From: a virus
Reading direction: 5' to 3' (one strand)
DNA length: 44,089 nt
Virus record (IMG/VR): IMGVR_UViG_3300004154_000345
The translations under genes were made by a program, and so were the position numbers. Under the pieces are notes generated by a model. The model did no database searches, was not told the DNA's origin, and saw only the letters and a list, made by a program, of their open reading frames with translations. Positions 21,222-31,700 of this stretch are shown here, piece by piece. Position 1 is the stretch's first letter. Each line of letters starts with the position of its first letter.

Positions 21222-22757
21222 TCAAATTTCAATATTTGAATCATCAAATTCTAGAGTATTATTAATAATTCTATTAATCTTAAAATCCTGTTTTCCAACA
21301 ATTATAGTAGAATACGAATTTGTTTTAACATTATATTTATATATACCTTTTTGTTTTACAGAGTAAATGAAATTTTCATCATCTTTCCAAATTCCTGAAG
21401 TAATGTATTCTTTTAATTCTCTGCTTGGATTATTAATACTACTTGAAATAAAGCTAATTGCATAAACCGAGTTTTCTAATTCTTTAATATCTATTATAAA
21501 ATCTCTGCTACTATTTTTTACAACATTTGTTAAATCATATTTTATTTCCTTTTGATTAATAATTCTTTGTTTTTCAGCTAAAAAAACTAAATTTTCATTT
21601 TTAAAATATACTTCTTTTGGTAATTGTTTTTCATTATTTAGAGTGTTTTCAATTTTCAAATCCGGAACTATATTCCCTTTAAAATTTGTATAAATATTAA
21701 TTCCAGAATTATTTTTATAATTTAAACATATTTGCACACCTTTTAATGAATATTGTAAAATTAAATAATTTGAATCATATTCATATAAATCATAATCATT
21801 CCAAATGTTTTTTAAATTAGATGTAAACTTTACTAAATCTTTATCTTGTATATAATTACTTACTAAATTCGAAAATTCTATTGTCTCAAAATTGTTATCA
21901 TTTTTATAAACTGAGATTTCATTATTATGAAAAAATATATATGTATTTTCTGTTTTGTATCCATTAATCTCATTTTGTTCAAATTGTGGATTTCCAAGTT
22001 TTTCTATAATTTCCTTTTTGCTTGATGTTGTTTTCAATCCATTTACAATTTCATTTTTATAATTACTATTAAACACTATATTAAAAATTTTTCCATTTAT
22101 TTTTCTTACTGAAATACCTTCATCAAAAAATATATTATAATTTCTAAACAAACTATCTTTTGTACCAAATAACGAATCATCTGCAACCCAGTTTTTGCTT
22201 ATTAATTGCTGTAATTCATTAGAATTAACTAAATAATTAATTTCTTTAATTTCTATATATTGATTTTTAGCTATAATCGATTCTTGAGTTTGAAAATAAT
22301 TTATATCTCCATTAATATTATAAGATTTTATATTTTTATTTTCCTTATCACAAGAAATTGCTATTACAAGTTCATTTGATTTATCAATTACTATAAAATT
22401 TTCATAATTTACAACTTTTGCACAATAAACAAATAAAGATTCATAATAACTCTTATTACTTGCATTATTAGTAAACGGTTTATTTTTTATTTTCATATAT
22501 ACATCTACTGCATATCCTTCAGTTTTTGAATTTTCATGTTTTATATATTTACAATCAAAATAAATTGCTACTTCTTCAAGTGTTGTAAAATCATCTATTG
22601 AGTCATATTTTTTTATGATATCAATTTGCTTCTTTTTCTCTGTATTTTTAATATTGTTTGAGATAGCTAATATTAAAAATACTGTTAAAAATATTGGAAA
22701 TATAATTTTAATCAAATTAATTTTTTTGTATTTATTTACTTTTTTATTAATAATCAT
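21222..22757 (-). CDS. Membrane-anchored protein of unknown function in the T4SS-like locus
   Basis: 511 aa, N-terminal TM (IIFPIFLTVFLILAISN), long extracytoplasmic part, no motif recognised. Confidence 0.6.
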   Translation of the reverse strand: MIINKKVNKYKKINLIKIIFPIFLTVFLILAISNNIKNTEKKKQIDIIKKYDSIDDFTTLEEVAIYFDCKYIKHENSKTEGYAVDVYMKIKNKPFTNNASNKSYYESLFVYCAKVVNYENFIVIDKSNELVIAISCDKENKNIKSYNINGDINYFQTQESIIAKNQYIEIKEINYLVNSNELQQLISKNWVADDSLFGTKDSLFRNYNIFFDEGISVRKINGKIFNIVFNSNYKNEIVNGLKTTSSKKEIIEKLGNPQFEQNEINGYKTENTYIFFHNNEISVYKNDNNFETIEFSNLVSNYIQDKDLVKFTSNLKNIWNDYDLYEYDSNYLILQYSLKGVQICLNYKNNSGINIYTNFKGNIVPDLKIENTLNNEKQLPKEVYFKNENLVFLAEKQRIINQKEIKYDLTNVVKNSSRDFIIDIKELENSVYAISFISSSINNPSRELKEYITSGIWKDDENFIYSVKQKGIYKYNVKTNSYSTIIVGKQDFKINRIINNTLEFDDSNIEI

Positions 22758-22912
22758 ATTTCCTCCTATTATAACAATTTTATATAAACTTGTTTTAAGA
22801 AAATCATTAATTTCTTGTGTTTAATATATCTGTTGAAAATATTTTTTTAAATATTAAACATAGCCTTTTATGTTTTCAAATCAAATTTTCTTTTAAATAA
22901 AAACCAATGTAC

Positions 22913-24148
22913 TTATTTATTAAAAAATGGAACTTTAATATCTTTCAATGATTTTCCTTGAATTTTAAATATATTTTTTACAACCTTTTCAACTCTTGAT
23001 AATGATGCAAAAAATATGATTGCAATTATTGGAGATTTTAGTGCAATATTTCCAGCTGATACTACAAATACTAGATATGCTATACAATGTAAGTTTTGCA
23101 AAAATATTTCTGATATAAGTTCTCTACTCCAAGAATTAAAAACTTGTGAACGACCATCAACTGATTTATCAATTGAATATGTAACAGTTATTAAAGGTGC
23201 AACAATTATTAAAAAAGCTATTTCTAAAGATCTATACATATACATTATAAAAAATTTAACTTGATAATAAACTAACATCCAAAAAACAATTACAGAATAA
23301 AATCCAGAAAATCCTTTAGCATCTGTATAATTTGTTGAAATTCTATTTATGATATTATATTCAAAATCTGTTTTAATTTCTATATTCTGTGAAACTTGGA
23401 CAATTAATTGTTGAATTAATTTAGAAACTTCTAATATAAAAATTGAAATATAATGCAAAATAAATATTAAAACAAATCCTATAAGCCAACTTCTTAACAA
23501 TTTTTTGTATTTTGCTTTATCATCTGATACAGTTGAAATTGCCATTCTTATACCAATATATACTAATGAAATAACACTAAATATTAATGCAATACTTCTC
23601 ATTATTGAATAAATTGATGCAACTTTTTCTTTTAAAACATTATTAAATGTTACATTTGATTGATAAGCCTCATCAACATCATCAAAATAGTAAATATCAA
23701 ATACATCATAATATCCAAGAACTAAACTTAATATAGAAAACTTTTCAAACACATTTTGTACCCATTGACTATCAATATTTTCAGGTTCAGTATCTGTTAT
23801 ATTTTTAAAATTCTCAATATCTTCATTTGTTATGTTGTCAATGTCATCTATATATTGTGGTCTTACAACTTTTGTCATTATATTACTTGCTACCCAAGGC
23901 AATATCATAGCTAAATCAGATAAATTACTACTTACTGCAGCAACTGAAGTTTGAGTAGATGTTGATTTTACAGTTTTTTCTGAACCACCCATAATAACTT
24001 TTGTTTTCCCTGTATTATCCCATTCTTTATAACCTGCTTCTGTTGAAATACCTTTTGTGGAAGCCACAACTGTATTTAAGTTCATTGTAGTTAATATTAA
24101 ATTAAAAACTATAAGTATTACTATAAATACTGTTGTGATTTTTTTCAT
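22913..24148 (-). CDS. VirB6/TrbL-like membrane protein 3
   Basis: 411 aa; SIMRSIALIFSVISLVYIGIRMAISTVSDDKAKYKKLLRSWLIGFVLIFILHYISIFI; RBS AAAGGAG before ATG. Confidence 0.75.
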   Translation of the reverse strand: MKKITTVFIVILIVFNLILTTMNLNTVVASTKGISTEAGYKEWDNTGKTKVIMGGSEKTVKSTSTQTSVAAVSSNLSDLAMILPWVASNIMTKVVRPQYIDDIDNITNEDIENFKNITDTEPENIDSQWVQNVFEKFSILSLVLGYYDVFDIYYFDDVDEAYQSNVTFNNVLKEKVASIYSIMRSIALIFSVISLVYIGIRMAISTVSDDKAKYKKLLRSWLIGFVLIFILHYISIFILEVSKLIQQLIVQVSQNIEIKTDFEYNIINRISTNYTDAKGFSGFYSVIVFWMLVYYQVKFFIMYMYRSLEIAFLIIVAPLITVTYSIDKSVDGRSQVFNSWSRELISEIFLQNLHCIAYLVFVVSAGNIALKSPIIAIIFFASLSRVEKVVKNIFKIQGKSLKDIKVPFFNK

Positions 24149-24162
24149 CTACTTCTCCTTTT

Positions 24163-24284
24163 TTAGATTTATTTTTTTAAAGTCTTCCTTCTTGTTCTTC
24201 TCTTAGATTTATTTTTTTCTAAGTCTTCCTTCTTGTTCTGGTCTTAGATTTATTTTTTTCTAAGTCTTCCTTCTTGTTCTGCTC
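24163..24284. repeat. Three tandem 40-41 bp units: duplicated 3' end of the virB4-like gene
   Basis: Plus-strand ttagatttattttttt(ct)aagtcttccttcttgttct... starts at 24163, 24203 and 24244. Confidence 0.85.
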
Positions 24285-26247
24285 TTTCTCTTAATGCATT
24301 TAAGTTAGTTTCTATAAAGTCGAATTCTTTTTTAGTAGGTTGAATTTTTAAAATTGCTGTATCTTCTCCAACTTTTAGCAAACCTTCACCTCTAGTACAT
24401 GTTGTTAAGAAATATGCTTCACCTTCACTTAATTTAAATACCTCTTTTATATATTCAATTTCTGATTTATCTTGAGCCAAAAACAATTTTGTATCTGATG
24501 AAGTTAAAACAGCTTGTACTTCAGCTTTTTCATAAAAATCTTGGAACTTTTGAGAAATAACTGCTAAAGATACATTTCTTTTTCTGGCACGTCTTGCCAT
24601 AGTATTTAAGAAATCAACTGCCTCTGGGTATGGAAGTAACATCCATGCCTCATCAACTAAAACTCTTTTCTTTGCAGCTTTCTCCTTATCTTCACTATTT
24701 TTCTTAACATATTTTTCCCAAATCCAAGAAAGTAAAATTTGTTGTGCAAGTGGTCTTGCAAATCTTTCCTCTAATTGAGATATGTCAAGATTTATAAAAG
24801 GAGTACCATCTAACAATTCAAATGTAGATTGACCATCAAAATATGCCATCTGACCATTCATTTCTCTAACATATTGTTTCATAACTTTAATTAAATAACT
24901 AAAATGGAATTGATAATCTGAGTTCTCATTTGCTTTTGCTACTTCTTGTAATCTTCTGTACCAAGAACCTATTGTTGGCATTTTTTTCTTTTGTCTTCCC
25001 AAATAGCTTTGTTCAGTTACTTCAGCATTTCTTTTAACATATAAACTATTTATATCATTTGAAATTCCATATGCTTCATATTCTTCAGCAACAATTTCTG
25101 CTATAATTTGTTTTGTAAGCTCATTTACCTCTGTACTTCTAGTACTACCTCTTGCCATAGTTACTAATGCTTGAGTTACGTCTTCAACTTTATTTTCCAC
25201 ATTTAAAACAACTTTTTCTTTTCCTGTAATTTCATCTTTAATAATTTCTGGTTCAATATCAAATAAATTAATAATTGTATTTGAATTAGGACTTATTACA
25301 ACATTTATTCCACCTAAAGCATCTGCAACAACTCCATACTCACCTTCAGCATCTAGTGCTAAACTTTCAATTCCCATTAAAACTGATGAACGAGAAGTTA
25401 ATGTTTTAATAGCAACACCTTTACCAGCACCAGATTTACCAAAAACAACCATGTTATAATTATTTAAGCTTTTGTTAAAATTATCAAATAATATTGGTAA
25501 ACCAGTTTGTCTATTAAATCCTAATGGAATTCCATTTTCATGTCCTACATCAGAATTAAAAAATGGAAATACAGTTGCCATTGAATTACGGTCAAATGTA
25601 TGATTTTTTTTAATTCTATTTTCGCAATATGGCATATTAGAATTATAAGCCTCTTCTTGCATTGCCCATGCAGGTTTTACACCAATCATTGTTTTAGACA
25701 TTTCAGAAGCTAGTAATTCAGTTTGTTTATCTAGATCATCTAATGAATATGCAAACAATGTTGCAACAACTGATGATTCAAATAATTTGTTAAATCCACT
25801 TGCTATAGAATCTCTTAATTCTTCTGTTTCTAGCCTTTTCTGAGCTAATATTCTTTCTCTATTAATATTTCCTCTTTCAGCTGCAACAATTCTTTCAGAT
25901 TCTATCTCATTTATTCTTCTATTAAGTTCTGTTTGAGATGCATTTTCTCCAATAGGTTTAATAAATACAGATACATTTATATCTCCAAATGTATACATAC
26001 TTCTTAAAAAACTTGGGAAAGTACACATTCTTGGTATTGTTGATACTACCATACTTCTTGCATATTTTGTTTTATTAGATACAATCTCAAGGTGATTTAT
26101 ATGTGTTGCATCTATTCCAGCAGGCGCAATTAAATCTTTAATGGTTTTAAGATTTTTTTGAAGTATACCTTTTTTAGCAGTCTCTGTAACTTGTTGGCCT
26201 AATTCTTCTCTTTTGCCAAGTGCATTTTTGTTATTAGACATATACAT
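24250..26247 (-). CDS. virB4: VirB4/TraE-like T4SS ATPase
   Basis: 665 aa; Walker A VVFGKSGAGKGVAIK; Walker B-like KRVLVDEAWMLL; SLAVISQKFQDF; located beside PrgI-like and VirB6-like genes. Confidence 0.9.
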   Translation of the reverse strand: MYMSNNKNALGKREELGQQVTETAKKGILQKNLKTIKDLIAPAGIDATHINHLEIVSNKTKYARSMVVSTIPRMCTFPSFLRSMYTFGDINVSVFIKPIGENASQTELNRRINEIESERIVAAERGNINRERILAQKRLETEELRDSIASGFNKLFESSVVATLFAYSLDDLDKQTELLASEMSKTMIGVKPAWAMQEEAYNSNMPYCENRIKKNHTFDRNSMATVFPFFNSDVGHENGIPLGFNRQTGLPILFDNFNKSLNNYNMVVFGKSGAGKGVAIKTLTSRSSVLMGIESLALDAEGEYGVVADALGGINVVISPNSNTIINLFDIEPEIIKDEITGKEKVVLNVENKVEDVTQALVTMARGSTRSTEVNELTKQIIAEIVAEEYEAYGISNDINSLYVKRNAEVTEQSYLGRQKKKMPTIGSWYRRLQEVAKANENSDYQFHFSYLIKVMKQYVREMNGQMAYFDGQSTFELLDGTPFINLDISQLEERFARPLAQQILLSWIWEKYVKKNSEDKEKAAKKRVLVDEAWMLLPYPEAVDFLNTMARRARKRNVSLAVISQKFQDFYEKAEVQAVLTSSDTKLFLAQDKSEIEYIKEVFKLSEGEAYFLTTCTRGEGLLKVGEDTAILKIQPTKKEFDFIETNLNALRERAEQEGRLRKK

Positions 26248-26255
26248 TCTCCCTC

Positions 26256-27461
26256 CTAAATTTTCTTCTTTTGTCCTATTTTCTGTTGTTCCAATTTCTT
26301 TTGTCTTCTTTTTTCTTCTTCCAATTTAAAATCTGTTTTCTTTATTTGGCGTTTAGTTTCATCATATAAATCTTGATCCATTTCTAATTTATAATCTTCA
26401 ACTAATTCCATTGCTTTTTGCTTGATATCATTTTGATGTTGTAATCTTAGTCTTCTAATTTTATCTGCTCTCTTTATACTTTTAGCAGCTAATGTTGAAG
26501 CCTGATCTATAATTTGTTCATCTAAAAGTTCTTTTTTCTTTTCAAGAACATCTTTTGCAGTGCTGTATAGTCTAGAATAATCTCCTTCAACTGCTCTATC
26601 TAAACTAAATATTTCTGAATCATCTCTGTTATATGCAACATATAACAATTCAACTAATTCTTCAGATTCCATTACTCTACCAGAAACCCCAGATGCTGCT
26701 ATACTTCTAATTAAGGTTTGAGCTTTTGTATATAATTCAGAAAAAGCTATATTATCAACTTCTTCTTTTGAATAATTTGATATTTCTCCACCAAATTCTA
26801 CAGTGTAATAAGGAATTATTAAATATGTATTTTGTCTTAAAACATTTCTATTTTGGCTCATTCTTCCAACATATTCTGAAATATCAGTTCCATATTCTAA
26901 AACATTCATTTTTCTTCTTCTATCAAATTCAATTCTTTTAACTATTTTTTCATTACCTTTTTGTTTTTCTTTTTGTAATTGAATATCTAGCTTCTGAATT
27001 TCTTCACCAATTTCGGCAACTCTTTGTCTATATTTTTCTACAATATCTTTTAAATTCAAAGTTGTTGTTTGAACATATAATTGAATTGGACCTTTTAATG
27101 TATTTAGGAATTGAACAAAACCATTTTCTACCGAAATTTTTTCTTCTTCCCCTAAAAGATCGTAATTTACACCTTTACATTCTACAACCATTAGATATTG
27201 TTTTCTTCCTTTTCTAACAATCATATTATCTACAACTTCATCAAAATCTAAAAACTTTTCCATAGACTCAATGTTTTGAAGTTTTGTTGTTCCTTTTTCT
27301 TTTATAGAATTATCTAAATGATTATCATCAGCTAAAACATTTGCTCTATTTTTTCTTTTCATTAAAACAAATATTAGAGTTCCTCCTAGTATTATTATAG
27401 CAACAATTATAATTCCTAAAATTGTACTAATTAATGCTATTAATCCTTCTGTACTTCCCAT
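26256..27461 (-). CDS. Separate VirB4 N-terminal/TraC-like protein with N-terminal TM
   Basis: 401 aa; MIVRKGRKQYLMVVECKGVNYDLLGEEEKISVENGFVQFLNTLKGPIQLYVQTTTLNL; between prgI-like gene and ATPase. Confidence 0.65.
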   Translation of the reverse strand: MGSTEGLIALISTILGIIIVAIIILGGTLIFVLMKRKNRANVLADDNHLDNSIKEKGTTKLQNIESMEKFLDFDEVVDNMIVRKGRKQYLMVVECKGVNYDLLGEEEKISVENGFVQFLNTLKGPIQLYVQTTTLNLKDIVEKYRQRVAEIGEEIQKLDIQLQKEKQKGNEKIVKRIEFDRRRKMNVLEYGTDISEYVGRMSQNRNVLRQNTYLIIPYYTVEFGGEISNYSKEEVDNIAFSELYTKAQTLIRSIAASGVSGRVMESEELVELLYVAYNRDDSEIFSLDRAVEGDYSRLYSTAKDVLEKKKELLDEQIIDQASTLAAKSIKRADKIRRLRLQHQNDIKQKAMELVEDYKLEMDQDLYDETKRQIKKTDFKLEEEKRRQKKLEQQKIGQKKKI

Positions 27462-27800
27462 TTATTTTTCCTCCTTTGTGTAAGTGTAGATTTTTCTATT
27501 CACTTTGAATTTAAAATATCTAACTATAATATCATCTATTGAATCTCCAGCAATATTTTTAGTGAATTTTAAACCTGTTATTTGTGGAATTTTAAAAGTT
27601 CCGATTGCAAAACCTATAAAGGCAAATATTGCTAACAATACAACTCCTACAGCTGTTAACCCTAAAACTTTAGCAAAAATAAAGTATAAAATTACTCCTA
27701 TTAATCCTCCGGCACCTGTTGTTAATAATGATTTATTTGAGAATATATATAATATTCTACCTTCTCCTCTAACATCTCTTGGAATATAATGTGTTGACAT
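27462..27800 (-). CDS. prgI: PrgI-family T4SS inner membrane protein
   Basis: 112 aa; YIPRDVRGEGRILYIFSNKSLLTTGAGGLIGVILYFIFAKVLG...RYFKFKVNRKIYTYTKEE; gene order. Confidence 0.7.
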   Translation of the reverse strand: MSTHYIPRDVRGEGRILYIFSNKSLLTTGAGGLIGVILYFIFAKVLGLTAVGVVLLAIFAFIGFAIGTFKIPQITGLKFTKNIAGDSIDDIIVRYFKFKVNRKIYTYTKEEK

Positions 27801-27830
27801 ATATTTCCCTCCTTCGTATTTTTTTAAACT

Positions 27831-28241
27831 CTACCCTGTAATACCTTCCATAATAGTTTTAACCAAAGTCCAAATTCCTACTGCTCCATATATTACTACT
27901 ATTGAAACAACTAAACCTATTAATTGTTTTTTTAAAGCTGCTTGTTGTTCTGGAGATGCTGTTATCCATCTAACACCTGTTATTGCTGTAACAATAAAAA
28001 CTGTTGCTGTTGCTATTGCTACTAAAACTCTACCTATTGGCAAAAAGTCATTTGCTATTGAATCTTGTGTTGTCCCAGAAGATGCATTTCCCTGAGAAAT
28101 AAATGAATTACCTCTATCTAAAATTCCAGAAATACTTAAATCTGTACCATAAGTTATTTTATTTTCAAAAACAAAAAATACTGAAAAAATAACAGTTACA
28201 GCTATTAAAAATTTAATTATTTTTATACTTTTTTCTTTCAT
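27831..28241 (-). CDS. VirB2/TrbC-like pilin
   Basis: 136 aa; signal sequence plus two hydrophobic helices (IGRVLVAIATATVFIVTAITGVRWI...ASPEQQAALKKQLIGLVVSIVVIYGAVGIW); first gene of the operon; GAGGTGAT RBS. Confidence 0.75.
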   Translation of the reverse strand: MKEKSIKIIKFLIAVTVIFSVFFVFENKITYGTDLSISGILDRGNSFISQGNASSGTTQDSIANDFLPIGRVLVAIATATVFIVTAITGVRWITASPEQQAALKKQLIGLVVSIVVIYGAVGIWTLVKTIMEGITG

Positions 28242-28268
28242 TATAAATCACCTCATTATCTACCTTCT

Positions 28269-28297
28269 ATTATACTTTAATAACTTACAATTTTCAA
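28269..28297 (-). promoter_or_regulatory. sigma70-type promoter of the T4SS-like operon
   Basis: Minus strand TTGAAA (28292-28297) - 17 nt - TATAAT (28269-28274), just upstream of the pilin gene. Confidence 0.75.
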
Positions 28298-28496
28298 CAC
28301 TTTTTGCCTATTTTTTTATCTATTTTTTTAACAATTTCTTCTAATATTATTTAGAGAATTTTATTACAAATAAAACATAAAATCAGGCATAAAATTCACA
28401 CGAAAAAAACCTTAAGTAGAACACTTACAGTTTTTTAGATTAAAAATAATTCTCATAAAAACATAAAATCAGACAATAATATCTAAAGATTTAGAC

Positions 28497-28534
28497 AAAA
28501 AAGACCTTAAGTAGAACACTCAAGGTCTTTTTTT
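28497..28534. terminator. Bidirectional-looking rho-independent terminator downstream of the 28769-34342 gene
   Basis: AAAAAAGACCTT-AAGTAGAACACTC-AAGGTCTTTTTTT. Confidence 0.85.
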
Positions 28535-28586
28535 AGATTAAATTTAATTCTCATATTTTTAGAGTTGAACGTTTTTTCCTTCAACC

Positions 28587-28704
28587 GGAAATTATTTTTA
28601 AAATTTGTCTCAGGCTCTCCCACCGATGCTGTAACAATGCTAACGCATTTAACAGCCTTCGGCGGTCCCCACGTCGCCTTCGCTTGATTTTAAAAATAGT
28701 TTCC
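28587..28704. repeat. GC-rich imperfect-palindrome element, copy A (118 bp)
   Basis: Termini GGAAATTATTTTTAAAAT and ATTTTAAAAATAGTTTCC are inverted repeats; core TCAGGCTCTCCCACCGATGCTGTAACAATGCTAACGCATTTAACAGCCTTCGGCGGTCCCCACGTCGCCTTCGCTTG. Confidence 0.85.
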
Positions 28705-28768
28705 TATTGAAGATTGAGATGTTGATATTTTTTTCAAAATATCAGAAATTATTTTTAAAATTTTTGTA

Positions 28769-31700
28769 TTATAATACGAATTTTTTGATTAAAACAACAC
28801 CTGTTACAACTAATGCTATAGCTGAGGCAGCTAGTATAATATAAGTTGTATTAATTGTGTCACCTGTTCTTACAGATAATAGAACTGCAGCATCATCAAT
28901 ATCATCTTCACCAACCTTCATATTATCTGGTGTAGAGTCTATGTCTGGATTTCCATAATTATTGAAATCTTCACTAATTTCAGCCACGTTAACTATTAAT
29001 CCTAAATTGTTTTCGCTATTTAGCCAAGTATAAACAATTTCTATAGTTTGAGGTGCTCCACCTACAGTTAAAAGAGTATCCGCTAATTGAGTGGTTACAA
29101 TTTTACCTTCTCCGGCATCTTGCCATAATGGGTTATCTTCTTGAATAAACTTCATTCCAGTTGGAACATAGTCTGTTATTTCTTTAGCATATCCATCAAT
29201 TTGACCTTCGTTATATACTCTGATTTTATACTTAAATTTAACAACAGTATTTTCTAATTTGCTTTTTGGCAAATCAACTTTTACTACTGGTTCTAAATCA
29301 GTATATTCCCCAATTTTGTCTGGAGTCATTGCATATATTAATCTATGATCATATGGATTTTGTAAGTCTTCTAAATTGTTTCCTGGTTCTGTTCTTTCAA
29401 CACCATCTTCAATAATTATAGCTTCACTTACCCATTTTACTAAACTTAAATCAAAGAATTTTACTTTTATTTTTTCTCTATCTTGGTCATCTTCATTTTG
29501 ACGCCATTCATTTGGAGTTGAATCTCTATCTTCAATTTCATCTCCATTTTTATCTGAATCTTTTGTTATCTGTGCATAATTAACAACTTCAAAATTAGCT
29601 TCTTCCATAGTACTTACGCTGCGAGTAACTTTAAACTGAATTCTAATTTCATTAAAATCAGGACCTTGCGCTATTTTTTCAGGAGTTGTTGGCTCAAATG
29701 CTTTTAATAAGTTAGGATTTTCTGTTTCTCCAACCGCCATTCTAGCCTCACCTTGTTCTTTTGATAAATAATCTGTTACTATATAATCAGCTTCTTTAAC
29801 ATCAGTTGTTACAACACATTTCTTAAATTCTGTTTCTCCTGATTGTACATTTTTATCTATGTCTTTTACTACTGTTCCTGATGGTAATTGAGCTATTTCT
29901 TCTGGTGTAACTTCTTTATACATTACCCATCTATATGTATTATTTATACTTCCATCACCTGAAGTATATGGCACAAATTCTAATCCTTCTGGAACATCAT
30001 CAACTATTTCTGTTGCAAATGCATCTGCTCCACCTTCATTATATATTCTTAAATTATAAGTTACTATATCATTTGTATTAACTTCAACAGCTGGAAGGGC
30101 TCCAAAAGTAGGAGTGTATTGATACCCATCTCCGTCTGTAATAGTTGGATTTTGAACAAATCTAGGTTCTCTTCCTGGTACATTTACAGTATTAGTTCCT
30201 GTAGTAACTTGTGTTATAAATTTATCTAATGCCAAATCATATTCCACTTTTTTATTTGGTATAGTTAGAAGTATTTCTCCAGTTGCTGGTGAATATTGAA
30301 TTACCAATTCAACAGATGTTCCATCCTCTAATTGTACAGTTTTAGTTGTAACACTTCCGCCTGTAAAACAAGCATGTATCATTCTAAATCCATAATTAGT
30401 TTTGTATTTATAAACAGAAACATCAATTGGTTGTCTTATTGCAACATAATCATTATCAATTCTAATTTCTGTAATAGAAAATCTATCAATAACATGAACA
30501 TTTGAATCATCAATAACTTGTGTTGCTATTGGTAAAAATCCGTTTGCATCTGTATTATTTTGTATATCTAAAACTGAACCATTTTGAGATACAGTAAATC
30601 CTACATCTGGCAAGCCTTGTCCTTCTAAATCTACTTTTCTTATTCTAAAAGAGTATTGTCCTGGTTGAATTACAGGATTTGGTATTGTTAATTCTATAAC
30701 AACCATTCCATTTACTATTTTACTTGGGTCTATTTGTAATACTCCAGTTACAGTTCTTCCATTTTCTAAAACTAGTTCTTTTTCTTGTGTTGTAATTGAA
30801 CCTATTGCTTGAATATCTATTGTATTTTCCATAGAAAAACCAACTTTTGTTACTTGATATTTTCCGCCAACTATATCAACATAAGAATATAATGTTACAG
30901 GGTCTCTAAGTAATACAAATTCGTCTGCTCCAGAATCTATTTCTCTAATTGTATTAGACATCCAACCTCTATAATCTATTTGATATGTACATCCATTATC
31001 ACCATTTGCAATACCATTTACATTTGTAACAACTTCTGCTCCATTGTCAATAGTAAATACTGTATCTGCAACAGGTGCCCTTTGAACTGTGTCTTCAACT
31101 TTAATTATATTCAATCTGAATAATCCTGAAATTCTTTTATTTTGAACTTTTATTGTTAATTGATTTCCATCAGCAACTATTCTAACATTTCCAGTTGTAC
31201 CGTCCTCTAATAGGTAGTCAGCATTTGTTACAGCTCCTCCAGCACCTACGAAAGTTAGCCAATCGGATTCATTATGAACTAATGTATAATCTGTTTGTCC
31301 TTGTAATGTATAAACAATATTTCCTAAAGAATCAAATGTATAAAATAAATCTATAGGATTTGCTACCGAAATGTATTTTCCTAATTCATCTTGTATTTCT
31401 GAAATTCTAACTCTATGAACATTTTGATAATCATATTCTGATGCATCTATTGTTGTATTAGGCAATATATCTACATATCCAAAAACATTACTTGTTTTTT
31501 GTTCAACTGGTTCAGAATCTACTTGTATATCAAATCCAATTCCTTCTACAAAATAACCATTCATATCTATTTTATGAAGTCTTATTTCAGTTGAAGATTC
31601 TTTAACAATTATACTTTCAAAATCATCATCATCTTCTACACCTCTAACATATTCATGATACTGTGGTGCATATGATTCTAATACTTTTTCAGCAACTGAA

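Noticed and set aside
8596-28241. Complete conjugative element (ICE)
   Set aside because: No relaxase, coupling protein, integrase or att repeats seen in the window; cannot be excluded beyond the edges.
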